Shown in pieces: positions 25,298 to 35,303 of a DNA stretch of 58,846 nucleotides. A program made the position numbers and the translations under genes. Position 1 is the stretch's first letter. Each line of letters opens with the position of its first letter. The notes beneath the pieces are model-generated. The model was given only the letters and a program-made list of their open reading frames with translations. It was not told the origin of the DNA and searched no databases. This DNA is from a virus (Duplodnaviria; Caudoviricetes), in the IMG/VR virus record IMGVR_UViG_3300047547_000066, positions 1 to 58,846 of that record; one strand, written 5' to 3'.

Positions 25298-27388
25298 TCA
25301 CATAATAGAAGTCAAGTACCTATTGAAAGAATCATCTTGGTTTTTGACAGATTGTCGAACAGGCATTATATTTTGCGCGTTGTTATTGGTTATATTGTTA
25401 ATAACAGGTGCAATCTTTTGCTGCGTTTGTTGTTTTTGGGTTACAGTCTGTTTAGATTCTAAACTTGCTAACTTATTGTCTAGATACTTTGTCTCAGTTG
25501 AAATCCTAGCATTTCTGGATTCATTTACTAGATTGTCAAACCCTAGAAAACTACCTACCTTCTCAATTCCTCGAGGAATTGCGGATTCTACCTTTTCTAT
25601 CGTGGATGCGCGCTCCCAATTCTTATCATCCTGTTCTTCATTTACTACATTCTTACCAACACCAAAGCTACCAATAGCAGTGTCTACACCCATACCAACA
25701 GCAGCTGCAATAAGAGCTGGTGCTGATGCTTTTGCAATTTTACCAACTTTAGACCATAACCCACTACTCTTTACAGGCGGAGTAGTTGGTTTTGGTGTAC
25801 TACCTTGAGGAGTAGGTACATCACTGGGTGCTTTATTGGGCACTGAAACATCAACAGGTTTAGTTGTCTTATTAGGTACTGACCCATCGCTAGGTGTCTT
25901 ATTGGGAACTGAGACATCAACAGGTTTAGTTGTCTTATTAGGTGATGTACTAACAGTAGTTGGTTTTGGTGTACTACCTTGAGGAGTAGGTACATCAATT
26001 GTTGGTATGCTACCAGCTGACTTCTTACCAAAAATCAATTTCCCAGCTGCAGCAGCTGCACCAGCCACTGCTGTTAATGCTTTGCCTACTGGTATCTTTT
26101 TAATCAAAGACATAAGTGCAACAACTGCGCTTCCTAGAGCTGGAAAGATGCGCAATAATGGAGAAGCAACACCCATAACCTTTTTGAAAACGTTTGTGAG
26201 GGAACTCAAAACATTTTTAAACCCAAGTATATTGGCATCTTTATCAAACAGCTTATCAATAAATGATGGTCTATCACCCTTTGGTGATTTTACATTTGGT
26301 TGAATATCGCTTATCCTCTTTGGATTCTGTAAACTTTCAAGTGTTTCTTCTTGTGTTGAAATCTTTTCCGGTTTCAACATCTGCTTAATGTTTTTGTTTG
26401 TATCCGCTAATACTGACAGTATATTGGATAACAAGGACTCAACAGGTGATACTTTCTTAGGTCCTATTTGTTTCACTGTAGATTCAGGCGCACGAAATTT
26501 ACTAGCACTTGTGCTTTCTGATTTCTGTGCTGGAGTTATATCTGCCTTATCAATAAGGATGCTTGCTGTAGGTGGTGTAGGTGCAGACGTAGTGTCAGCA
26601 TACCCTGATGTGTATTTGGAAAATGTAGACGCAGTTTCTGGCTTACTGAATGAATTTTCAATAGCAGACTTAATATCATCCAATTTGTTTATTTGGATGG
26701 TAGAATCAATATGATCTAACTTTCTGTTATTTTTGATATCTAATCGAAGAAGTGTTAATAATTCTTCACTGGAGTTGTTTGCAGCTTTACCAATACCAAT
26801 AACAGTTTCCAATAGCTGCTGGTGTTTTTCTAATTGTTGAACAACGAGATTTGGTGCAGCATCTCTATTGGTCTCAATACCAATGATAGTTTCCAACAGC
26901 TGTTGGTGTTTTTCCAATTGTTGAACAACTGGTTTGGTAATCGATTCTGCGTTTGTGCTGCTATCCTTAGCGATAGCTTCAAGAAGTGTGTATTGCTTTT
27001 CCAGTTGCTCAATAACAAGCATAGGCGAGTCACTGCCTTGAACTCGGAGAGGTTCAGCTTTAGCAATAACTTCAAGAAGCGCATATTGTTTCTTAAGCTG
27101 TTCAACAACTGGATCAGACATTTCCTTTTCAGGACTCTTGAACAATGACTCAAAAGAACCCAGCAATGAATCTGTCAACTGAGTCATACCACGAGTAACA
27201 AAGTTGTTACCGAAAGCATTAAATGCAGACATCTGCACATTCGAACGCATGTTTGTAACATTGTTCAGCCGAGATTCTATACCTGCAAGTATCTCAGCAA
27301 TTTTTTGATTTTGATTCTGTTGCTTTTGTACAGTCAATGGGTCAACGCCCGATTGCTGTGGTGCCATTGTAGTGTTAGGTAATGCCAT
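25298..27388 (-). CDS. Putative baseplate hub/tail-length (gp29-like) protein with internal repeats
   Basis: Position after gp26-gp51; helical low-complexity sequence; C-terminal PVINNITNNN; internal repeats. Confidence 0.5.
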   Translation of the reverse strand: MALPNTTMAPQQSGVDPLTVQKQQNQNQKIAEILAGIESRLNNVTNMRSNVQMSAFNAFGNNFVTRGMTQLTDSLLGSFESLFKSPEKEMSDPVVEQLKKQYALLEVIAKAEPLRVQGSDSPMLVIEQLEKQYTLLEAIAKDSSTNAESITKPVVQQLEKHQQLLETIIGIETNRDAAPNLVVQQLEKHQQLLETVIGIGKAANNSSEELLTLLRLDIKNNRKLDHIDSTIQINKLDDIKSAIENSFSKPETASTFSKYTSGYADTTSAPTPPTASILIDKADITPAQKSESTSASKFRAPESTVKQIGPKKVSPVESLLSNILSVLADTNKNIKQMLKPEKISTQEETLESLQNPKRISDIQPNVKSPKGDRPSFIDKLFDKDANILGFKNVLSSLTNVFKKVMGVASPLLRIFPALGSAVVALMSLIKKIPVGKALTAVAGAAAAAGKLIFGKKSAGSIPTIDVPTPQGSTPKPTTVSTSPNKTTKPVDVSVPNKTPSDGSVPNKTTKPVDVSVPNKAPSDVPTPQGSTPKPTTPPVKSSGLWSKVGKIAKASAPALIAAAVGMGVDTAIGSFGVGKNVVNEEQDDKNWERASTIEKVESAIPRGIEKVGSFLGFDNLVNESRNARISTETKYLDNKLASLESKQTVTQKQQTQQKIAPVINNITNNNAQNIMPVRQSVKNQDDSFNRYLTSIM

Positions 27389-27551
27389 CGTTATTCTTCT
27401 TTTTCTCTACACTTTCAACTATTAATGCGAAATATACTTCTCGTTCAAATGGCATCATATCCTCAATAACATCAAGTGACATATTAAACTCAGACATAAG
27501 TTTATAGTTAAGTCTGTAATATGACTCTAGTGATTCATGAACTAGCGCCAA
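27375..27551 (-). CDS. gp51: Baseplate hub assembly protein gp51
   Basis: HESLESYYRLNYKLM...DMMPFEREVY; probable TTG start overlapping the end of gp26. Confidence 0.8.
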   Translation of the reverse strand: MALVHESLESYYRLNYKLMSEFNMSLDVIEDMMPFEREVYFALIVESVEKKKNNDGIT

Positions 27552-28254
27552 ATCGAAAAAAGTTATGCAGGCCCTCCAATGTCCTGCTTTGTTCATGTCC
27601 ACAATTACTACATGTAAATTTTAAAGTATGTGATAGTTCAGGTATACTGTCAACAAATTCCTTTATTGCAGATACTTGTACTTCATTCATGTTCTCAATC
27701 CACGCAACAAATTCTTCTTCAGTATAGTCAGACTTCTCATATACAGAATCAGCATCATATACACTTTCAATTAATGTATACAACATCTTTGTTGATCGAT
27801 CATCACTGTCCGACAAATCAAACACATCAGTAACAGTTGGTAATCTAAAAATAATACCAACATCATTTGTGATCTTAACGTTTGTCTTGATATCAGTTGT
27901 ATCAATTGATACATCACTAAGTGACATACTAAGCACTAGTTCGTTTTCACATTTCTCACAAACATCTTGAAACTTAACTTCTGGTCCAACTGATGCAATA
28001 CGAATCTGTACAAAGAAGTATGCTAGGTCAGCAGTTGGAATTTTACTAAAGTCCAATGTTCCACTGGTACAAGATTCTAGAACACTCTTAATCGTTTCAA
28101 GCACAGTATCTGCGTCTTTAGATTCTTGTGCAAGCAATAATGCTTTTTGTTCCTTGATAACAAATGGTCTATACTTGACCTTTATCTTGCTGATAGGTAG
28201 TTCAACAACAAGAGTTGGTGCAGATATTGTAGGTAATGTTTTCTTCATATTCAC
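27535..28254 (-). CDS. gp26: Baseplate hub subunit gp26
   Basis: KVKYRPFVIKEQKALLLAQES, IRIASVG, CEKC, CSNC...LEGLHNFF. Confidence 0.9.
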   Translation of the reverse strand: MNMKKTLPTISAPTLVVELPISKIKVKYRPFVIKEQKALLLAQESKDADTVLETIKSVLESCTSGTLDFSKIPTADLAYFFVQIRIASVGPEVKFQDVCEKCENELVLSMSLSDVSIDTTDIKTNVKITNDVGIIFRLPTVTDVFDLSDSDDRSTKMLYTLIESVYDADSVYEKSDYTEEEFVAWIENMNEVQVSAIKEFVDSIPELSHTLKFTCSNCGHEQSRTLEGLHNFFRFGASS

Positions 28255-28700
28255 TTCAAATTCAAATTACTGAGCATGGTTTGTAGGTCAGTTGTTGTAC
28301 CCACAAACACTGTATTATTGTTTACGACACCATTATTTATGGGTTGTTGATCATTTTGATTTAATGCAACACTTTTTTGTATCTTTGCTTTCCGTTCATG
28401 AACATCCAACAGTTTGATAGCAATATCGGAAAGATTACCTAGCATACCATTTAGAACTTCAAATGATCTAGGAGATTCTTCTGCTACTGCAATTCGTTTC
28501 AAATCTTCAAATGCATCTTCACCATGCTTTAACAGTTTATACAATGTATCACGAACTGCATCCGCATCTGCTTCAACGCTTGACTCCATAGGTTGTTCAG
28601 TAATCTCAACAATCTCAGTAGGTCTTCTCGATGTATCAACAACGTCTTCAACATCAAATGTTGATGCCAATGACGTAAATGTTTTATTTGTTTCTGTCAC
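28251..28700 (-). CDS. gp16: Terminase small subunit gp16
   Basis: ESPRSFEV and NNNTVFVGTTTDLQ motifs of T4-like gp16. Confidence 0.8.
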   Translation of the reverse strand: MTETNKTFTSLASTFDVEDVVDTSRRPTEIVEITEQPMESSVEADADAVRDTLYKLLKHGEDAFEDLKRIAVAEESPRSFEVLNGMLGNLSDIAIKLLDVHERKAKIQKSVALNQNDQQPINNGVVNNNTVFVGTTTDLQTMLSNLNLK

Positions 28701-29482
28701 AGAATAATGCCTTTAAGTTTACCTATCACACTACCAACACCACTAGAACCAATTACACCATCAATGGTTTGTGTAACAGCTTTATCAATACCAGTCTTAC
28801 CAATAATATCAAACACTTTCTTGGTACCAGCATTCAAGATCATGGACTTGATTGCATCTTTACCTGCACCTGAACGTATTAACTGAATCATATCCCATGC
28901 GTTCTTAAAGTTCTTTAGAGGATCACCAGGTATTACAATGTTTGGATCGACTTGTGGGATTTGATATGATTCCCATGACTCATATGTAAAACTAACTCTA
29001 AATGTTACAGGCATTCTTGAATCAACAGATAGTTGAACATCATCAACAATTTTAGGATATACATTGTTGAGTATTGTTACATATGTAACATTCTTGGCAT
29101 TATCCACGTTGTATATCGCCATCTGATCTGCTGTATATGAAATAGGATACCTAAACATGCCACCTTTACTGAGAACTGGTGCCATTGTCCAGTCATCAAA
29201 AAACTTCTTAATAGTCATGTTTGAGTCACTATACATAGTCATTGTAACTGACCCATACATCTTATCATATACAGCTTCACGATTGAGACCTGCGTCCTTT
29301 ACCATCTGTGTTGCTAATGCAAACTCAGGTATTGAAACACTTTCAATATAGAATGGTATTGTCTCCAACACACTGGTTGATTGTGCTAGGTATACTGGAG
29401 GTATAACATTGCAGAAGAAATGCGACGACTTGGCAACACCATTGCGTTTTATGGTTGAAACAAACTGGTTAAATTGTGTCAT
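28697..29482 (-). CDS. gp54: Baseplate/tail tube initiator (gp54-like, tail-tube fold)
   Basis: FVSTIKRNGVAKSSHF...FFDDW...VYPK...VSFTYESW. Confidence 0.65.
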   Translation of the reverse strand: MTQFNQFVSTIKRNGVAKSSHFFCNVIPPVYLAQSTSVLETIPFYIESVSIPEFALATQMVKDAGLNREAVYDKMYGSVTMTMYSDSNMTIKKFFDDWTMAPVLSKGGMFRYPISYTADQMAIYNVDNAKNVTYVTILNNVYPKIVDDVQLSVDSRMPVTFRVSFTYESWESYQIPQVDPNIVIPGDPLKNFKNAWDMIQLIRSGAGKDAIKSMILNAGTKKVFDIIGKTGIDKAVTQTIDGVIGSSGVGSVIGKLKGIIL

Positions 29483-30078
29483 AAGTATTTGCTTGTATCT
29501 GACCAAACAACTTGTTTATTGATGTAAGACATTCCTGTACCTGTGTTGAAACGTTCAACTGGTAATAGAACTGCATTGAACCACTGTGTTGCTGGTATAA
29601 AAAGGAATTGTGACTGTACGTGATCTTTACGATATCGTTTGACAGCAGCATCAACTCCACGATATCTGCTGATTCCACTAATATATTGCCATTGTAGAGT
29701 TAATCGTGTTTTCTCATTGACTTTTGTGTTTGTAGAGAAATCCATTAGGCTGTTCAACAACGTTACTCTAACCTTAGGTGGCAAGTAATGGAAATTCAAT
29801 CCAGTGAATGTTTCTGCGTCTTGTGAAAAAGGAATAACCAATGGAAACGTATCATAGTATGGTAAGTCTTCTATACCCTTTGGGTGGTAGAAGTATAGGT
29901 ACATTTGACCTGGAATAAAGTAATCCTGCCGTCTAGCAGTATTAGACATTATTGAGTTGGGTGATACTGCATCACCCAAATACTTTATTTGATCAGCGAA
30001 CCATTGCTGACTCTTCCTAACAGAGTCTCGTCCATAGGTTCTTCGTTTTGCTAATTGGTCTAAATTTATACGTGCCAT
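29479..30078 (-). CDS. gp2: DNA end protector protein gp2
   Basis: PGQMYLYFYHPK...LPYYDTFPLV...GLNFHYLPP. Confidence 0.9.
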   Translation of the reverse strand: MARINLDQLAKRRTYGRDSVRKSQQWFADQIKYLGDAVSPNSIMSNTARRQDYFIPGQMYLYFYHPKGIEDLPYYDTFPLVIPFSQDAETFTGLNFHYLPPKVRVTLLNSLMDFSTNTKVNEKTRLTLQWQYISGISRYRGVDAAVKRYRKDHVQSQFLFIPATQWFNAVLLPVERFNTGTGMSYINKQVVWSDTSKYL

Positions 30079-30095
30079 AATACTATTTAGTACAA

Positions 30096-33056
30096 TTAAT
30101 CAAAATCTAATGTCACTTTTTCTTCTGCATCCCAACCTATAGATTCCAAAATACCATTCAATGGTTTAAGGAATGCTTTTTCAAATTGAGTTTTGTAATC
30201 AATGTATTGGTGTAGGTTAAACTCATCTGGTAGTTTGTTAACATATGCTATAACGTTCTCGTGGATTGTATTAGGCATCTTGAGTGCAACAAACTTTACC
30301 TTGTCGCCATCGTTAATGAGTTGGTATTTGTTATCTAGACCTAGACGTTTCACTGTATGGTTATACAACAATGATCCACGAACATGAATAGGACATCCTT
30401 TAACATAGATGGATGCACTATTACTGTATGTAGTCATACCATTTACACCACGGGGAAATGATACCTCTGTATAGTCACATGCAAAGAATGACTTCTTGAT
30501 GTCTTTCACTTTTCTTTGCAGCTCAACTTCTGTACTGGACAGACATAGCTTCAGTGAATCCTTTAGAAAGTCTTTAACAACAGATGGAGTTGAAGATCGA
30601 ACAATCTCAATACCCATTACTTTCATTTTGGGTTCTTCATATCGTACACCTTCAGTATACAAAATATCAAATGCATAGCGTTTCTTTGCAACGAAAATAA
30701 TGGATGGACCAATACACTCGAGCTTAAAGAATATTTTGCATTTGTCTACACCTAGCGTATTAGCAAACGTTGTTAGCTTCTTATTCAGTGGAGGTGATAG
30801 AACATCAACTACAAACTTTTCTAGTTTATTAACAATCTGATGTTGATCTAGTCCTTTACATTGAGTATCAACAAATGATTGTACTGTAAAATATTGTGAG
30901 TTGTGTACTAGGATATCGTTAGCAAAGAAGTTATGGTTATCATCAACTTCAATGTCATATACATCAATCTCCTGGATACCAAGGTCAACAATTGTATAAG
31001 TTGATGTTCTAGGTATCAACTGCATATCAATGCTTATAACAACATCATCATTCAACATGTTAGCTGGACTAGCTGACAAGTATTCTGTTCCACGCTTAAC
31101 AATCACTGAATGATCTTCGGTGACAATAACAGATTTTCCACCTACAGTAATTTCATACATTCGCTTAGTCACGCGATGTTTCATTACATATTTGATTTGC
31201 TTCTGTTCAATACGTTCAGTCGTTGTATTGAATGATTTTGTTAGTATATTATCAACTGGCTTTACAAAGTTTCGAGTATTGACATCTTCATGAACACAAT
31301 CTGTAGTTATTGAGTCATACAGATCTGAGATTCTCATAAGTTGATCATTAACATACACTAATGTGTCGCCTACAACACTATCAGTATCCATATAGATAAC
31401 AGAATCACCTGTGCTTACCTTACTAAGCATTACATTCATTATGTCTGCTGTACGCTTAATGAACACCTGTCCAGTAGAAGTAATTGCTTCTGCCAATCTA
31501 AAGTCATAATATTTGAAGTGGCTAAGACCAGTAACACCAAAGAAAGAGTTTGCTGCTGTCTTATATGCTTGCTGAGCAATGTCCAAAGCACGGTACTGAT
31601 CTTCCGGTGCATGTAGACGCTTTAATTCAAGCATCTTGTTCTTTGTTTCCTTACGTAAATTGAACATGCGTTCAACTAAGATTGGAATAAACCCTTTGAT
31701 ATCAGTCCGTGTCAACAATCCATTTGCTGACAGAATATGCCCCTCTGGTACATGACCAATGTGTTTACCGTCCAGTATATCCTGGATGTTGAAATCTAAC
31801 ATATCAACAACACACTCTGGGGATATGTTATTTTGCATCATGATGCTAGGATACAGAGACGTTGCATCAATACTCACTGTCCACCCATACTTTCCAGGTA
31901 CTGGATCATGAACGTAAGCACCAACAATCTTATGCTTTTCATTACGTTCTTTATCCAATTCCTCAACAATGTCATTGTCAAGAAAGTAGTTATAGATGAT
32001 GCTTTCCCATAGACGCATTGCCGACAATACATCATCAAATTGACACTTAGCAATGAACCCTAATTGCATTGCTAACCGTACGTGCAACATCTTCAACTCC
32101 AATTTATGGAGTAGCATTGTATCAATTGCATTGTAAAAAACAAAAGTTTCCCAATGGTTCGTATAACTATCTTTGAATGAATCACCTGGTAGTTCAACCT
32201 TACGCTCACCTAGTTCATAATCAGCAATGAAATCTAGCTTGAATGATTCTTTGCTACCAGGGTTGAACTTTTTATAGATGTCCAGTGAGTCAAGGTGAGT
32301 GATCCCCAGAATATCATATGTGTGCTTTACATCATCTTCCATCTGTATGGTACGAGGCTTAACAACTCGCCAAGGTGATAGGAATTTGACTGCGGCTTCA
32401 CCTAACACATTTTTTATACGATTAACAATGTATGGGATATCGAATGTTTCACTGTTCCAGCCACTGATAATATCAATTCGCTCAGTTGCAAAGAACATAA
32501 GGAAATCTTTGAGCATTAACTTTTCAGTCTCAAATACTCGAACTTCAACATTAGGAATGTCGGTATAGATCTTGTTATCTTTTGATATAGGTTTTTGTGA
32601 CCAAACAACCATACGTTTGGTGTTGTGTTCCATCATTGTAATCAATAGGATTTCTTCCAATGCATGATCGGGAGATGGAAACCCTGTACTATTCTCACCT
32701 ACTCGAGTCTCAATATCAAAGAACCATATTTTTGTAATATAGTAGTCCCAATCAATATCACCTTTGAATGTATTGCCTGTAAATTGTCTTGTGATGTCTT
32801 TACAACCATAGATATCAAACCCATGAAGATCTTTGTGATCTTCAACGAAAGTCTTCATGGATTCAATAGAGTCAAACTCACGCTTCTTTACAGGAACATT
32901 GGATTTAAAGACATGATACTTTGCATCTTGTTCTTGAGATTTGACAAACAGATGTGGTCTATATGGAATTTTTTCTTGTACAGGAATTCCTTTATCGTAT
33001 CCACGATAAAGTACATAGTTTCCTCGAGTCTCAATGTTTGTATAGAATTTGCTCAT
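30096..33056 (-). CDS. gp43: Family B DNA polymerase gp43, intein-containing
   Basis: Exo FFDIET, GWNSETFDIPY, DATSLYPS, KTAANSFFG, YMDTD/S and KKRYA motifs. Confidence 0.97.
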   Translation of the reverse strand: MSKFYTNIETRGNYVLYRGYDKGIPVQEKIPYRPHLFVKSQEQDAKYHVFKSNVPVKKREFDSIESMKTFVEDHKDLHGFDIYGCKDITRQFTGNTFKGDIDWDYYITKIWFFDIETRVGENSTGFPSPDHALEEILLITMMEHNTKRMVVWSQKPISKDNKIYTDIPNVEVRVFETEKLMLKDFLMFFATERIDIISGWNSETFDIPYIVNRIKNVLGEAAVKFLSPWRVVKPRTIQMEDDVKHTYDILGITHLDSLDIYKKFNPGSKESFKLDFIADYELGERKVELPGDSFKDSYTNHWETFVFYNAIDTMLLHKLELKMLHVRLAMQLGFIAKCQFDDVLSAMRLWESIIYNYFLDNDIVEELDKERNEKHKIVGAYVHDPVPGKYGWTVSIDATSLYPSIMMQNNISPECVVDMLDFNIQDILDGKHIGHVPEGHILSANGLLTRTDIKGFIPILVERMFNLRKETKNKMLELKRLHAPEDQYRALDIAQQAYKTAANSFFGVTGLSHFKYYDFRLAEAITSTGQVFIKRTADIMNVMLSKVSTGDSVIYMDTDSVVGDTLVYVNDQLMRISDLYDSITTDCVHEDVNTRNFVKPVDNILTKSFNTTTERIEQKQIKYVMKHRVTKRMYEITVGGKSVIVTEDHSVIVKRGTEYLSASPANMLNDDVVISIDMQLIPRTSTYTIVDLGIQEIDVYDIEVDDNHNFFANDILVHNSQYFTVQSFVDTQCKGLDQHQIVNKLEKFVVDVLSPPLNKKLTTFANTLGVDKCKIFFKLECIGPSIIFVAKKRYAFDILYTEGVRYEEPKMKVMGIEIVRSSTPSVVKDFLKDSLKLCLSSTEVELQRKVKDIKKSFFACDYTEVSFPRGVNGMTTYSNSASIYVKGCPIHVRGSLLYNHTVKRLGLDNKYQLINDGDKVKFVALKMPNTIHENVIAYVNKLPDEFNLHQYIDYKTQFEKAFLKPLNGILESIGWDAEEKVTLDFD
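30900..31379 (-). mobile_element. Mini-intein (160 aa, no homing endonuclease) in the gp43 motif C
   Basis: Interrupts YMDTD|S; starts SVVGDT, block B VTEDHS, ends VYDIEV...FFANDILVHN, +1 Ser. Confidence 0.92.
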
Positions 33057-33499
33057 CAGTAAAATATATGATTATCAATAACAATCTTGGGTGATTTTTT
33101 CCAACCAGGATCAACTGTTTTGTTGTGGAAGCTCAGTGCTCCCCTTGTTGGATCTGTTGTCTTTCCCATTATAACATCATATGCCAGTACCTTTATCTTT
33201 TTATACAAAGATACATTTGATATAACAGGTGGATTCTGAGTCCATGAAAATTGATTGCGTTGGTACACTACACCGCATAGCGATGATGAGTACCTACCAG
33301 AGTCAACTCGATTGAGTGTAACGTGTGCAACAGCAAGTTGACCACGTAGAGATTCGCTACGTGCTTCATGGTATATGTTTTTTGCAAGACACTCAACCTT
33401 ATGTTTTAGTTCTTTCTCATGTACATATGGAACATCGTCTGCACCAAGTGAAGTAGATTGAGTATAACAAAATATTAACAATAGAAGAAGAATACGCAT
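33056..33499 (-). CDS. Cell wall hydrolase (SleB/Hydrolase_2)
   Basis: CLAKNIYHEARSE...AVAHVTLNRV...QFSW...NHIFY. Confidence 0.9.
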   Translation of the reverse strand: MRILLLLLIFCYTQSTSLGADDVPYVHEKELKHKVECLAKNIYHEARSESLRGQLAVAHVTLNRVDSGRYSSSLCGVVYQRNQFSWTQNPPVISNVSLYKKIKVLAYDVIMGKTTDPTRGALSFHNKTVDPGWKKSPKIVIDNHIFY

Positions 33500-33513
33500 A
33501 GAAGTTTCCTAAG

Positions 33514-33538
33514 AAAAAGGGGCACCGTAGTGCCCCTT
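33514..33538 (-). terminator. Rho-independent terminator
   Basis: AAGGGGCAC-loop-GTGCCCCTT plus T-run on the minus strand after hsp20. Confidence 0.75.
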
Positions 33539-33561
33539 GCAGCTACAGATTATGATTACGA

Positions 33562-33975
33562 TTACGTAATTGCAATCGATAGCGGTTTATGCGCTTCTGG
33601 AATAATTTCGTCTAGTGTAATTGTTAATAGACCGTCAGAAACGCTAGCAGATCGAACATTGACATTTTCCCGTAAGGTAAAAGTCCGTTTAAACGACCTG
33701 TTACTGATACCATTGTAAACGTATACTGATGTATCACTAAGTTTATCAGGTTTGTTACCTACAATGATTAACTTATTGCCATCTAGTGATATTTCAATAT
33801 CATTTCGTGTAAACCCAGCAACTGCTAGGATAATTTGATATTGATTATCTTTGACCTTTACAATGTCATGTGGTGGATATTTAGATTGAGAAAGGGCTTT
33901 CTCAATATCACCGAAAGTTTTATCAAAACCAACCCAGAATTGGTTAGCATCTATCATAGAATGTAGTTTAGTCAT
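33562..33975 (-). CDS. Small heat shock protein (Hsp20/IbpA-like)
   Basis: KYPPHDI, LAVAGF, GISNRSFKRTFTL, DGLLTI; start MTKLHS with AAGGAG SD. Confidence 0.92.
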   Translation of the reverse strand: MTKLHSMIDANQFWVGFDKTFGDIEKALSQSKYPPHDIVKVKDNQYQIILAVAGFTRNDIEISLDGNKLIIVGNKPDKLSDTSVYVYNGISNRSFKRTFTLRENVNVRSASVSDGLLTITLDEIIPEAHKPLSIAIT

Positions 33976-34050
33976 ATAGTTACTCCTTAAAAAGCAAGTA
34001 GCGGTAGAACTTGAGGCGTCTACCAAACCATGCGCCCAAACGGCACGCAT
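33973..34050 (-). promoter_or_regulatory. ROSE-like RNA thermometer in the hsp20 5' UTR
   Basis: Two upstream hairpins, then TACTTGCT-TTTTA-AGGAGTA: the U(U/C)GCU motif opposite the SD. Confidence 0.7.
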
Positions 34051-34063
34051 CTCTTACTAGGGA

Positions 34064-35293
34064 TTACCCTACTAATGTTTTCGAATCCCCATCCAAGTAT
34101 ATACCAGGCTTTGCATGATACATAACATCTTTATGAGGAGCAAAGTGTGTCTTTGCCCAGGTATCAACAACATTCTTGAATGTATCAGAGTGTTGACCGT
34201 ATATTTTACTACCAGGAACTAAAATTTTATGCTCAGGTGCAGCATTTTTATCTTTCCAGTGCTCAGGTTCTATACCATCAACTGACGGATCAGAAGAATG
34301 GTGGGATAGTTCATCGGATAAACCTTGGTGTATCGATTTAATAGCTTTAAACGACTTTGGTTTATTTAGATGTATGTGTACAACTGCATAATCACTTGAA
34401 TTGTGATGATCGGTTACAGTAGCATGATGGAACGATTCATTACTAGGTATTGCATCACTATCCATAGCATATGCTATGTGCTGCTCAAATGCATCATTAT
34501 CAGAATCTTCATCATACAGTTTTTGCTCTACAGCATTCTTATAAACTCTATCCCGTTTATTAACAGTGAATTTGTATGATGAATATTTTGGTTCGTTATT
34601 GCTTCCTTCATCGTCGTTTGTAGAATATGGTCGCAATGAAATTCTTGATATGGGTTCTTTAGCTTCGTTGTCACCTTTATGGGTCAACCAAGCAATATGA
34701 GTACCATGTTTTAGTTCATATGGTATATGTGTTTCATGTTGGTACGTATCAAACCGCATACATGACTGAGTTGGTATATCAGCGCCAAGATGCTTTTCAT
34801 GTGCACGAATACCCCATTCCGTTCCTTGACTCATACCAATAACATCATGTGGATGTTTGCTAATAACTACTTGTAGACTGTGAGTATCCATTTTAGCTTC
34901 ATCTGGATACGTTTTCCGGTGTTCTGCGTAGTTATCAATCAATTCCTTAGTAGCACCTGTCTTAGCAAGCGTTTTACCGATGCTAACGATTCTGCTGTGT
35001 TTATCAATAGCCATACCATTAAGGTAATCAATATGATTGTACCCATGTGAATTTAAGTGTGATTCAACAGCAGTTTTAGTTGGGTGTTCATAGTCACTAA
35101 GAGGAATTACAATTCTATCGTGATCACCAAATACATGACCAGATATAGAATTTGCTTCAGTTTTGTGTTCAGCAATATGGTTAGAAAACTTATCGTCAAC
35201 CATATTGACTTCACGCCGAGTCATCTCATGCTCATTCAACAGAACTTTGTTAATAGCTTCTAGCAAAGGTTTAGTGACATTGAAAACATTCAT
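34064..35293 (-). CDS. His-rich protein, paralog of 49317..51626; putative internal head protein
   Basis: VVIS...GMS.GT.W...SCM...HGTH.A.L...PI.RI.L.P shared with the 775-aa ORF. Confidence 0.7.
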   Translation of the reverse strand: MNVFNVTKPLLEAINKVLLNEHEMTRREVNMVDDKFSNHIAEHKTEANSISGHVFGDHDRIVIPLSDYEHPTKTAVESHLNSHGYNHIDYLNGMAIDKHSRIVSIGKTLAKTGATKELIDNYAEHRKTYPDEAKMDTHSLQVVISKHPHDVIGMSQGTEWGIRAHEKHLGADIPTQSCMRFDTYQHETHIPYELKHGTHIAWLTHKGDNEAKEPISRISLRPYSTNDDEGSNNEPKYSSYKFTVNKRDRVYKNAVEQKLYDEDSDNDAFEQHIAYAMDSDAIPSNESFHHATVTDHHNSSDYAVVHIHLNKPKSFKAIKSIHQGLSDELSHHSSDPSVDGIEPEHWKDKNAAPEHKILVPGSKIYGQHSDTFKNVVDTWAKTHFAPHKDVMYHAKPGIYLDGDSKTLVG

Positions 35294-35303
35294 TTTTATT
35301 TTA

